Part shown: piece by piece, positions 1 to 8,649 of the stretch
Numbering within the stretch: position 1 is the first letter of the stretch
Layout: every line of letters starts with the position of its first letter
DNA from: Armatimonadota bacterium
Lineage (GTDB): Bacteria > Armatimonadota > Hebobacteria > CAIYQO01
Length of the DNA: 42,935 nucleotides
Assembly: GCA_038248345.1 (NCBI GenBank)
Contig: JBBRXO010000010.1
Coordinates: 1 to 42,935, forward strand
Direction of reading: 5' to 3'
The notes under the pieces: model-generated
Database searches by the model: none
Told to the model about the DNA's origin: nothing
Seen by the model: only the letters and a program-made list of their open reading frames with translations
Program-made: the position numbers and the translations under genes

Positions 1-837
1 ATTGACCCCAGCATCAAACTGGCCAAAGGGCGTTACTTCACTGCTGAAGAAGCCAAAGCCGGTTTGCCGGTCGCGGTGATAAACCCAAGTTCGGTACGCG
101 AGTTGCTCGGGGGGACAAATGACCCGCTAGGCAAAGTGATCCGCATCTACTTCCCCGATGGCTCGCGAAGTGAGATCACAGTCATCGGGGTTATTGAGCC
201 GTTACCCGTCTTATTCGGTGGAGATATGGCGATGGCCTATACCCCTACCCCATTTCTCTGGAGGATGCACCCGGATACGCGCCGCAATGAGTTCGACTAT
301 GTGATCATGCGCGTGCGCGAAGGTTTTGACGAGAAAGAAGTGGAACGGCAAGCCAAGAGTATCATGGTGAATCGCTACGGCACCGGCATCTTCATGGTGC
401 AGTCTATCGCCTCCTTCCAGTCGATCCTCGGCAACATTACCTCCGCCCTGCAGATCGGCCTTGGACTTATCGCCGGACTTTCGCTGCTGGTGGGCGGTAT
501 CGGCATCATGAATATCATGCTGGTATCGGTGACGGAACGCACGCGGGAGATAGGGCTGCGCAAGGCGCTGGGGGCCACCTCCGACCAGATCCGCACCCAG
601 TTCCTCATCGAGTCATCGCTGCTCACTATGATGGGCGGGGCTATCGGCATTGCCCTGAGTGCCATCACGCTGGCGCTCGTCGCCAAATTCGTTTCGTTCC
701 TAAGCGTCTTCATCCTCAGTGGTGGCACCGTCGCCCTCGCCCTCTTCGTCAGCGTCGGCATCGGCCTCATCTTCGGCGTATGGCCCGCGTCGCGCGCCGC
801 CAAACTCGACCCGATAGAGTCGCTGCGGTATGAATAG
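1..837 (+). CDS. ABC transporter permease, MacB/FtsX family (5'-truncated by the window)
   Basis: Frame is open from base 1 (IDPSIKLAKGRYFT...). Contains the signature GGIGIMNIMLVSVTERTREIGLRKALGA and the C-terminal PASRAAKLDPIESLRYE. Confidence 0.93.
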   Translation: MDPSIKLAKGRYFTAEEAKAGLPVAVINPSSVRELLGGTNDPLGKVIRIYFPDGSRSEITVIGVIEPLPVLFGGDMAMAYTPTPFLWRMHPDTRRNEFDYVIMRVREGFDEKEVERQAKSIMVNRYGTGIFMVQSIASFQSILGNITSALQIGLGLIAGLSLLVGGIGIMNIMLVSVTERTREIGLRKALGATSDQIRTQFLIESSLLTMMGGAIGIALSAITLALVAKFVSFLSVFILSGGTVALALFVSVGIGLIFGVWPASRAAKLDPIESLRYE

Positions 838-844
838 CAGGGAT

Positions 845-960
845 CGTGGCATGGGCGTCCCGCCCATGAGAACGGGCAGAATAAGGACGATATTATAGAA
901 CCAAAGGTAGCGCCATTCAGGGTGCTTGATCTTATAGCCATGTGCTTTAGCGCATGGCGC
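845..960 (+). repeat. REPIN/MITE-like repeat, family A copy 1
   Basis: Palindrome CATGGGCGTCCCGCCCATG preceded by GTGG. The following ~90 bp closely match 3463-3557 (e.g. TAGCGCCnTTCAGGGTGCTnGATCTTATAGCC). Confidence 0.8.
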
Positions 961-1047
961 ACTTGCTAAGCATGGAATATATATCCTCAGTGTGTTACAA
1001 TACATACAAATATGTATCGGTAGATGTAATTGCAAAGCCAGATTCGC

Positions 1048-1179
1048 GCTGGGATTATAATCCCGGCTGCAGGGCACTAAAATGCCAGTCGTCCGCCTTC
1101 GCGGACTTTTCTGGCCCAAACAAGTCCGCGAAGGTGGACGACCGGCCGTAGGCCACGCAGCCGGGACTTTAGTCCCAGC
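1048..1179. repeat. Nested inverted repeat (REPIN-like) upstream of the malic enzyme gene
   Basis: Outer arms GCTGGGATTATAATCCCGGCTGC / GCAGCCGGGACTTTAGTCCCAGC. Inner arms GCCAGTCGTCCGCCTTCGCGGACTT / AAGTCCGCGAAGGTGGACGACCGGC. Confidence 0.75.
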
Positions 1180-1223
1180 AGCATAATGGGGTTTTGCAAT
1201 TACCTCGGTGAGGAAGAAACATT

Positions 1224-2669
1224 ATGGCCACAGCACCTAGCGCTAGCTTCAGAGTTACCATTCGGCTACGTTTGCCCAGCGTCCCGGGGATGCTCGCCAA
1301 AGTAACCTGCGCCATTGGTGAGGCCGGGGGTGACATTGGCGCTATTTTGTTGCAAAAAGAGATGCGCGACTTCACCGAACGCCGGATCTCGATTGATACC
1401 ACCAGTCTCGAGCATGAACGTGCTGTGGTGGAGGCCGTACGCGCCGTGCAGGACATTGTGATCCTGGATATCACCGACGATACCTTCTCTATGCATAACG
1501 GAGGCAAGATCCACGTGGCGGGCAAAACCCCGCTGCTAACTAGCGCTGATCTATCCATGGCCTACACCCCCGGCGTGGCACGCGTCTGCATGGCCATCCA
1601 TGATGACCCTTCACGCGCTCATGACCTCACCATTAAACATAATACCGTGGCCGTAGTGAGCGATGGCACCGCCGTACTGGGGCTGGGTGATATCGGCCCG
1701 GAAGCGGCCATGCCGGTGATGGAGGGTAAGGCCATGCTCTTCAAAGAGTTCGGCGGTGTAGATGCCTTCCCCATTTGCCTGGACACTAAGGATACCGAGG
1801 AGATAATCTCCATCGTCACGGCGCTGGCACCCACCTTCGGCGGCATCAACCTGGAAGATATCAGCGCCCCGCGCTGCTTTGAGATCGAAGATCGCTTGAA
1901 GGCGACATTGAAGATCCCCGTCTTTCACGATGACCAGCACGGTACCGCCGTAGTGCTGCTGGCCGCGCTTATCAACGCACTGAAGATAGTGGAGAAAGAT
2001 ATCGCTGACCTGAAGGTAGTGGTCAGCGGCGTAGGGGCCGCCGGGGTGGCTTGCTCGAAGATCCTCATGAACGCTGGCGTGACGAATATCATCGGCTGCG
2101 ACCGCAGTGGCGCTATCTACCTGGGGCGCACCGAAAATATGAACAGCATGAAGCAATGGTACGCCGAGAACACCAATCCGCAAGGGATTCAGGGTTCGAT
2201 GGATGATGTTATCGCCGGGGCTGACCTCTTCGTCGGCGTCAGCGGGCCGGGCACGCTCTCGGTGGAGAACGTTAAACGCATGGCCCCGCGCGCCATCGTC
2301 TTCGCTATGGCTAACCCGGTGCCGGAGATCATGCCCGAGGAAGCGGCACCCTACGTGGCTGTGATGGCCACGGGGCGCAGCGACTACCCCAACCAGATCA
2401 ACAACGTCCTCGCCTTCCCTGGCATCTTCCGCGGTGCCCTCGATTGCCGTGCTACGGCGATCACCGAGACGATGAAGCTGGCCGCCGCCAACGCCATCGC
2501 CGCCGTGGTGAAGCCGTGGGAGCTGAAGCCGGAGTACATCATCCCCAGCCCCTTCAACCCGGAAGTGGCACCTGCCGTAGCGCTGGCCGTGCAGGAAGCC
2601 GCCCGCGAAGCTGGCGTAGCCCACCCCACCGGCGGCGAAATGCCGACATTTGCGGAGTTGGAACGGTAA
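1224..2669 (+). CDS. NAD(P)-dependent malic enzyme with N-terminal ACT-like domain
   Basis: Motifs [75 protein letters not shown] upstream. Confidence 0.95.
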   Translation: MATAPSASFRVTIRLRLPSVPGMLAKVTCAIGEAGGDIGAILLQKEMRDFTERRISIDTTSLEHERAVVEAVRAVQDIVILDITDDTFSMHNGGKIHVAGKTPLLTSADLSMAYTPGVARVCMAIHDDPSRAHDLTIKHNTVAVVSDGTAVLGLGDIGPEAAMPVMEGKAMLFKEFGGVDAFPICLDTKDTEEIISIVTALAPTFGGINLEDISAPRCFEIEDRLKATLKIPVFHDDQHGTAVVLLAALINALKIVEKDIADLKVVVSGVGAAGVACSKILMNAGVTNIIGCDRSGAIYLGRTENMNSMKQWYAENTNPQGIQGSMDDVIAGADLFVGVSGPGTLSVENVKRMAPRAIVFAMANPVPEIMPEEAAPYVAVMATGRSDYPNQINNVLAFPGIFRGALDCRATAITETMKLAAANAIAAVVKPWELKPEYIIPSPFNPEVAPAVALAVQEAAREAGVAHPTGGEMPTFAELER

Positions 2670-2698
2670 ATAGTATCTCCGTTATTTCCGCATAAATA

Positions 2699-2707
2699 TG
2701 GTAAAAT
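2699..2707 (+). promoter_or_regulatory. Extended -10 promoter (TGgTAAAAT), 6 nt before the MNT start codon
   Basis: TG-n-TAAAAT-actggt-ATG, with no SD. Confidence 0.55.
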
Positions 2708-2713
2708 ACTGGT

Positions 2714-3028
2714 ATGAGCAAGGCTGAGATAATCGACATGATGGTGCAGGAGATCGTAACGCGCTTTCACCCGGAGCGGATAATCCTCTTTGGCTCGCAA
2801 GCGCGTGAAGACGCCCGAACTGACAGCGACGTAGATCTGCTGGTTGTAATGCCTGACGATACGAACAGACGGAAGACAGCAATTGATATAATGGTTGCCT
2901 TAGCTAAGATGCCCATGCCACAGGATATTATTGTGACAACACCGCATGAAATTGCCACTCGTGGTCAGCTTATTGCAACTGTCCTTCACACAGCGCTTGA
3001 AGAAGGTAGGGAACTCTATGCAAGATGA
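2714..3028 (+). CDS. Minimal nucleotidyltransferase (MNT antitoxin)
   Basis: FGSQAREDARTDSDVDLLVV is the Pol-beta-like GSX10DXD motif. 104 aa; overlaps the start of the HEPN gene. Confidence 0.92.
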   Translation: MSKAEIIDMMVQEIVTRFHPERIILFGSQAREDARTDSDVDLLVVMPDDTNRRKTAIDIMVALAKMPMPQDIIVTTPHEIATRGQLIATVLHTALEEGRELYAR

Positions 3029-3437
3029 TGCTAAAAGATATGAGACCATGCGATGGATCACATATGCGCTTGATGACAATTAAGCTGCCAAATTGGGAAG
3101 GGAAAGCAATGTTTTGTTGCCACGGCATGTTTGCTCATAAGTTCAACAAGCAGCTGAAAAAGCCCTGAAAAGCGCATTTGTTTGGCTAAGTATGCCATTA
3201 ATAAGAACACGTAATCTTCTATTTCTGATCCGAGAACTTCCAACTGAATGGCGAGTACATCTAAAACCAGAACAATATTTGGCATTATTAACCAGTTGGG
3301 CTGTTGAAGCTCGTTATCCCGGTGAAGAGCAAGAGCCCAGTGATGAAGACGCCAAAGCAGCAGTGTATATTGCGCAGGACGTCTGCACAGCGATGGAAGC
3401 AGATATTGCAACAGCAGGTTTCATTCACCCAAACTAG
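3018..3437 (+). pseudogene. HEPN-domain protein with two in-frame TAA stops
   Basis: One frame reads MQDDAKRYETMRWITYALDDN*AAKLG...RHVCS*VQQAAEKALKS...LTSWAVEARYPG. Stops are at 3081-3083 and 3138-3140. Confidence 0.85.
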
Positions 3438-3462
3438 TCCTTAGGTACGCTTGTGTCTCATT

Positions 3463-3582
3463 CATGAGAACGAGCTGGTACAGTTAGTTATTATCGGATC
3501 AAAGTTTAGCGCCCTTCAGGGTGCTAGATCTTATAGCCTCGTCCTTTAGTGCGTGGCTCATGGGCGTCCCGCCCATGCTACG
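3463..3582 (+). repeat. REPIN/MITE-like repeat, family A copy 2
   Basis: Shares its core with 865-958 in direct orientation and ends in CATGGGCGTCCCGCCCATGCTACG (GTAG foot on the minus strand). Confidence 0.8.
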
Positions 3583-3600
3583 ATACCTATTGGTAGTCGG

Positions 3601-4650
3601 CTACTCCACAATAAACATAGCATCACCAAACGACAAAAACCGGTACTTTAGCTCCACCGCCTCGCGGTAGGCGCGGAAGATCTGCTCGCGACCGGCGAGT
3701 GCCGAGATTAGCAGCAGTAGCGTGCTTTTGGGCATGTGGAAGTTGGTGAGCAGCGCATCCACCAGTTTGAATTTATATCCGGGGGTGATGTACAGTTTGG
3801 TGGGGCCGGCCTTCGCATGCAGGATGCTGTGGACGTCGGCGGCGGACTCCAGCGTGCGGGCGCTGGTGGTGCCCACCGCGATGATTCGCCCGCCGCGCGC
3901 TTTGGTGGCGTTGATTAGCTCCGCTGCTTCCGGCGACACCTGGTAAAACTCCTCGTGAATATCGTGATCCTCCACGTGCTCCGTCTGCACCGGGCGGAAT
4001 GTCCCTAGCCCCACGTGCAGCGTGACGAAGGTGTGCGCCACCCCGCGCGCCGCCAGCGCGGCGAAGATCGCCTCGGTGAAGTGCAGCCCGGCGGTGGGGG
4101 CGGCGCTGCTGCCGTCCCAGCGGGCATATATCGTGTTGTAGACATCACGCTCTGCGGGGGGCGGGCCATCGGTGATGTAGGGCGGCAAGGGCAGCTCGCC
4201 CAGCGTCTCCAGCAGTTGGTGCGCGGTGCGCCCGGCAGCGGCGGGGCCGGGGATAAGCTTCACAATGCGCCCACCCTCATCTGTCAGTTGCAATATCTCC
4301 GCACGCAGCTCATCCGCGCCAAAGCTCACCACCGCCCCCGGCTGCAGCCGCCGCCCCGGGCGCACCAGCGCCTCCCAGATATCATTGCCGGTGGTCTTCA
4401 GCAGCAGCAGCTCCACCCGCCCGCCCGTGCCCACCTTGGCGCCAAAAAGCCGCGCCGGGATCACCCGCGTGTCATTCAACACCAGCAGGTCGCCCGCCCG
4501 CAAATAGCCGGAAAAGTCGCGGAAAGCTCTATGCTCAATGGCCCCATCACCCCGGTGCAACACCAGCAACCGCGAAGCATCCCGCGGCGTCACCGGATGC
4601 TGCGCAATCAGCTCCTCGGGCAAGTGGTAATCAAATTCGGAGATACGCAA
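3601..4650 (-). CDS. queA: S-adenosylmethionine:tRNA ribosyltransferase-isomerase
   Basis: Motifs FDYHLPEELIAQ, NDTRVIPARL, LPLPPYI, SAAPTAGLHF, TNFHMPKSTL, YRFLSFGDAM. Start placed at TTG 4650 with SD GAAGGA. Confidence 0.96.
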   Translation of the reverse strand: MRISEFDYHLPEELIAQHPVTPRDASRLLVLHRGDGAIEHRAFRDFSGYLRAGDLLVLNDTRVIPARLFGAKVGTGGRVELLLLKTTGNDIWEALVRPGRRLQPGAVVSFGADELRAEILQLTDEGGRIVKLIPGPAAAGRTAHQLLETLGELPLPPYITDGPPPAERDVYNTIYARWDGSSAAPTAGLHFTEAIFAALAARGVAHTFVTLHVGLGTFRPVQTEHVEDHDIHEEFYQVSPEAAELINATKARGGRIIAVGTTSARTLESAADVHSILHAKAGPTKLYITPGYKFKLVDALLTNFHMPKSTLLLLISALAGREQIFRAYREAVELKYRFLSFGDAMFIVE

Positions 4651-4671
4651 TGTTTTTCCTTCATCAAAACA

Positions 4672-4772
4672 CTGGGAGCGCACGCATCCTGCGTGCTCCT
4701 TGTGATACGCGCCACGGCGGGCGCGGGCTACAGGGTGACCCCGTTCTAATGGGCGGGGACGCCCATGCTACG
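4672..4772. repeat. Cluster of REP-like palindromes between galK and queA, including a partial family A copy
   Basis: GCACGCATCCTGCGTGC hairpin. On the minus strand, GTAGCCCGCGCCCGCCGTGGCGCG and CGTAGCATGGGCGTCCCCGCCCATTAGAACGGG. Confidence 0.7.
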
Positions 4773-5910
4773 ATTTCACCTCGCCCGCTCCGGCGGAGGC
4801 CTGGCAGATGTAGATGTCGGGCTTGATGTTGGTGGCCTGCTGGTAGGCTGTGGCCAGGGCGGTTACTACCTCGGCGGCGTACTCTGCTGCTACCAGGTTC
4901 ACCGTGCTGCCGCCGAAGCCGCCGCCGGTCATGCGGGCGCCGTAGACGCCGGGGAGGTTGCGGGCGATGTCTACCATGGTGTCCAGCTCGGTGCAGCTGA
5001 CTTCGTAGTCGTCGCGCAGGCTGTCGTGCGACTCATTCAGCAGCGTGCCCAGGCCCTGCAGATCGCCCGCGTCCATCGCTTTGATAGCCGCCAGCACGCG
5101 CTCGTTCTCGCCCACTACGTGTTGGGCGCGCTGGTATTCCAGCGGCGTCAGCAACGCTTTCTTCTCAAGCAACATTGCAGAAGTCACATCACGCAGTGCC
5201 TTCACGCCCAGCTTTTTTGATGCCGTCTCACAGGTTTTGCGGCGTTCGTTATAGGGGCTGCCCACCAGTTCGTGGCGGATGCAGGTGTTGGCGATGACGA
5301 TTTTGGTACCGGCGGGCACCGGGTAGCTCTTATACTCCAGGGTGCGACAGTCGATGAAGAGCGCGGAATCCGGCTCCCCCATGGCGGAGATGAACTGATC
5401 CATGATACCGCATTTGTTGCCGACGAAGTCGTTCTCGGCACGCTGGCAGAGCAGCGCCAGCTCCGGCGAGGCGAGGTCGTACTCGGATAGCTCCAGGAAG
5501 GAAATAGCGGTGGCGACCTCCAGCGCGGCGGAGGAGCTGAGGCCCGCGCCCAGCGGGATATCGCCGGCGAAGACGACCTCGAGGCCGCGCAGGTGGTACC
5601 CGGCATCCTCCAGCACGTAACAGACACCGCGTAGATAGTTGCTCCAGGTGTTCTCGCTATCGATGCCAATCTCGTCCAGCGAGAAGGTGGAGGTGGCATC
5701 ATTGTAATCCAGCGAGTGCAGGATCACCTGCCGACTCCCGGTGGGGCGCACGGCCATCAGTATCTCGCGGTCGATGGCAGCGGGGAGCACGAAACCGTCA
5801 TTGTAGTCAGTGTGCTCGCCAATGATATTCACCCGCCCCGGGGCGCGAAAGACTCTGAACTTTTCGCCTAATATCGGCGTTACGCGTCGGCGGAATTCCG
5901 CAGTGTCCAT
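4768..5910 (-). CDS. galK: Galactokinase
   Basis: Motifs APGRVNIIGEHTDYNDGFVLP, PLGAGLSSSAA, CGIMDQ, GARMTGGGFGG. Confidence 0.95.
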   Translation of the reverse strand: MDTAEFRRRVTPILGEKFRVFRAPGRVNIIGEHTDYNDGFVLPAAIDREILMAVRPTGSRQVILHSLDYNDATSTFSLDEIGIDSENTWSNYLRGVCYVLEDAGYHLRGLEVVFAGDIPLGAGLSSSAALEVATAISFLELSEYDLASPELALLCQRAENDFVGNKCGIMDQFISAMGEPDSALFIDCRTLEYKSYPVPAGTKIVIANTCIRHELVGSPYNERRKTCETASKKLGVKALRDVTSAMLLEKKALLTPLEYQRAQHVVGENERVLAAIKAMDAGDLQGLGTLLNESHDSLRDDYEVSCTELDTMVDIARNLPGVYGARMTGGGFGGSTVNLVAAEYAAEVVTALATAYQQATNIKPDIYICQASAGAGEVKS

Positions 5911-7268
5911 GGATTAAACTCCCATTCAATTTTGATCAGCAGTCCCTTATCGGTTTTCCTGCTGACTTTTACGCGGTCGGCCAGGCGATATCCTGCCAAC
6001 CAGACGATTCCCTCTTCGTCGCATACCACCGGCACGCGCGCCCGCAACCGGCGCGGCACCTGCATATCGACGAATATATCTTGCAACTTGCGCGTGCCCG
6101 GCGCACCCAACGGCTGGTAGCGGTCCCCCGCGCACCAACTGCGCATCGTCAATCCCCCGACAATATTGTCCGCATCCAGCAACACCGCGTCACCTGTAGG
6201 ATAACTTGACCATTGCGCGAGCAGTTCTGTATTCAGTATAACACCAATTGACGGCAATTCTACCACACCTGGCACTGGTAATGCACTGTTATATGCCTCC
6301 ACTACTATCTCTTGCTGCAGAAATACCAGCCGGTCATATTCATAGCGGACAATTGCCCCCGGCAAGTGCGTCTCTTCGCCGGTCTTCAACGCGGCTATGG
6401 CCAGCAGGTGGGCGTAGCCGATATCGCTGGCATCACCGCGCACGGCAGCCAACGCCAGCAACCAGACGCGGCGAATTATCGCCTCCGGTAGCTCCTGCAA
6501 CGGATGCGGCAGGCTGATACCGCCGGGCGTCGGTTGCGCATTTTTCAGATAACTCTTATCTGCCCATTGTTCCAAAGCCACATTATCCCCACGCGCGATC
6601 TCCGCCAGGTGCGCCAGCCGCTCGCGCAGCCGCGGGGCGTATTCTACCTCTAGCAAGGGCAACAGCTGGTGACGCAGGCGGTTGCGCAGGTGCTCGGGGG
6701 AGGCATTGGAGGCGTCGAGGCGGTAGGGCAGCTCATGCTCATGCGCGTAGTCCAATATTTCGGCACGCCACACCTGCAGCAGTGGGCGGATAAATTCCTC
6801 ATTGCACGGTGGGATACCGCCCAGACCGCGCACGCCAGTGCCGCGCAGCAGCCGCATCAGCACCGTCTCCGCCTGGTCATCTGCGTGGTGGCCGGTGGCG
6901 ATATACGTGGCCCCAGCCTCCGCCGCCATCGCGCGCAACGCCTCGCGGCGCAATTCTCGTGCGGCTGTCTCCAGCGATTCGCCCTGTGACTCCATGCGCC
7001 CACGCACATCCACATACCGCTGGGAATAGGATATCCCGTACTCCTGCGCCCGCAGCCGCACAAACTCCGCCTCTAAGTCAGACTCCACGCGCAGCCCGTG
7101 ATGCACATGCCCTACCACGACAGCAATGCCGAGACGATGCAGCACATCCAGCAGCGCCATCGAATCCGGCCCACCAGAGACAGCGACCAGCACATGCTTA
7201 TCAGCTATTTCCAAAGCTGCAAGGAAATACCGCACCCGCGCTAAAATTGGTTCCTCATCGGAAAACAT
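5880..7268 (-). CDS. tilS: tRNA(Ile)-lysidine synthetase
   Basis: PP-loop VAVSGGPDS, ATGHHADDQAET, RNRLRH and a TilS C-terminal domain. Start placed at ATG 7268; the 3' end overlaps galK by 31 nt. Confidence 0.94.
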   Translation of the reverse strand: MFSDEEPILARVRYFLAALEIADKHVLVAVSGGPDSMALLDVLHRLGIAVVVGHVHHGLRVESDLEAEFVRLRAQEYGISYSQRYVDVRGRMESQGESLETAARELRREALRAMAAEAGATYIATGHHADDQAETVLMRLLRGTGVRGLGGIPPCNEEFIRPLLQVWRAEILDYAHEHELPYRLDASNASPEHLRNRLRHQLLPLLEVEYAPRLRERLAHLAEIARGDNVALEQWADKSYLKNAQPTPGGISLPHPLQELPEAIIRRVWLLALAAVRGDASDIGYAHLLAIAALKTGEETHLPGAIVRYEYDRLVFLQQEIVVEAYNSALPVPGVVELPSIGVILNTELLAQWSSYPTGDAVLLDADNIVGGLTMRSWCAGDRYQPLGAPGTRKLQDIFVDMQVPRRLRARVPVVCDEEGIVWLAGYRLADRVKVSRKTDKGLLIKIEWEFNPWTLRNSADA

Positions 7269-7422
7269 GGAGCTATTATATACTGTTTTCATCGTGTGGT
7301 CATGTAGAACCCATGCTAATGAGTATCTTCCTGTGTGTTTCAAAATAAATGAAAAATGGAAGGTGATCATTCTTCGGACAACGAGGAAAGGGGGTGAATG
7401 TTGGACAAAAACAAATTGGCAG

Positions 7423-7451
7423 TTGACAATGTGTGGATATGATGTTAAAAT
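7423..7451 (+). promoter_or_regulatory. sigma70-type promoter of the str operon
   Basis: TTGACA, 17 bp, then TAAAAT with an extended -10 TG; about 100 nt upstream of rpsL. Confidence 0.8.
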
Positions 7452-7555
7452 TCCCCGTTGTGTGGTCAAGGCACCATTTCGGTGTCCGCTGGCCGGTTTT
7501 TTTTGCGCTTGTCGAGAGCGCCGGTAATAATATTCAGTTGGAAGGGGAAGCATAC

Positions 7556-7996
7556 GTGCCCACCATCAGCCAGTTAGTAAGAAAAGGGCGCAGCCGCCGG
7601 CAGGTGAAAATCACTCCTACCGTTCGCTGGGCATTGGGTTGGAACTTCAACTCGAACAAGCGTAAGTTTGTGGCTATCGAGGGTCCGCTGAAACGCGGCG
7701 TCTGCACTCGCGTGTGGACGGTAACTCCAAAAAAGCCGAACTCTGCGTTGCGTAAAGTCGCTCGTGTGCGGTTAACCAACCGCATTGAAGTGACAGCGTA
7801 CATTCCGGGTGAAGGTCATAACTTGCAGGAACACTCCGTGGTGATTATTCGCGGTGGGCGTGTGAAGGATCTTCCGGGTATCCGTTATCACATTGTCCGC
7901 GGCGTCTTGGATACCGCCGGTGTCGCCAATCGCCGCCAGGGACGTTCCAAATATGGAGCCAAGCGTCCGAAAGCAGTTGTTGCGAAGAAGAAATAG
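7556..7996 (+). CDS. rpsL: 30S ribosomal protein uS12
   Basis: [35 protein letters not shown] start at 7556 after a purine-rich SD. Confidence 0.97.
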   Translation: MPTISQLVRKGRSRRQVKITPTVRWALGWNFNSNKRKFVAIEGPLKRGVCTRVWTVTPKKPNSALRKVARVRLTNRIEVTAYIPGEGHNLQEHSVVIIRGGRVKDLPGIRYHIVRGVLDTAGVANRRQGRSKYGAKRPKAVVAKKK

Positions 7997-8060
7997 TCCG
8001 GGCATTTCGCCCGTGAGTCTGCCGTCCAGCAGGACGGTAAGAGGATAAGGTAGCTGAACT

Positions 8061-8531
8061 ATGTCGAGAAAAGGACCAGCACCCCGTCGCATCATACAGC
8101 CTGACGCGGTGTATAACAGCGAGCTGATCAGCCGCTTCATAAACAAGTTGATGCTTTGCGGTAAGAAAAGTACTGCCGAGACCATCTTCTACGGTGCATT
8201 GGCGCTGGTGAACAAACGCACCAGCAAAGACCCGTTAGAAGTATTCGAGCAGGCAATGCGCAATGTCATGCCCGTGGTTGAGGTTCGTCCTCGCCGCGTG
8301 GGTGGCGCCACCTATCAGGTACCGACAGATGTGCGTCCGGCCCGTAAGCTGGACTTGGGTATCCGTTGGATGATTACCAATGCACGCAAGCGTGGTGGCA
8401 AGTCCATGGGTGAGAAGCTGGCCGCAGAATTCATGGATGCATCTAATAATACCGGCGCATCGGTGAAGAAGCGCGAAGATACGCACCGTATGGCAGAGGC
8501 GAACAAGGCCTTTGCTCACTATCGCTTCTAG
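8061..8531 (+). CDS. rpsG: 30S ribosomal protein uS7
   Basis: [26 protein letters not shown]. Confidence 0.98.
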   Translation: MSRKGPAPRRIIQPDAVYNSELISRFINKLMLCGKKSTAETIFYGALALVNKRTSKDPLEVFEQAMRNVMPVVEVRPRRVGGATYQVPTDVRPARKLDLGIRWMITNARKRGGKSMGEKLAAEFMDASNNTGASVKKREDTHRMAEANKAFAHYRF

Positions 8532-8556
8532 TTTTGAATAACAAAAGACAAACGGG

Positions 8557-8591
8557 TCCCATCCCGTAATTATTAACGGGATGGGATTTTT
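8557..8591 (+). terminator. Intrinsic-terminator-like hairpin between rpsG and fusA
   Basis: Perfect 11-bp stem TCCCATCCCGT/ACGGGATGGGA followed by TTTTT. Confidence 0.7.
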
Positions 8592-8649
8592 GTGTCACAC
8601 TACCGATACAGCCCCAGTAGACGGCTGAAGGTCTACTCAAGGAAAATAT

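Noticed and set aside
3058..3411. 117-aa minus-strand ORF over the HEPN region
   Set aside because: It is antisense to the recognisable HEPN pseudogene and has no independent support.
7269..7555. Long N-terminal extensions of TilS (557 aa) and uS12 (187 aa) in the ORF track
   Set aside because: They run through the divergent promoter region; homology starts at ATG 7268 and GTG 7556.
7595..7690. uS12 N-terminal insertion as a novelty
   Set aside because: A similar insertion at this position is known in Firmicutes and some related lineages; the functional motifs are intact.
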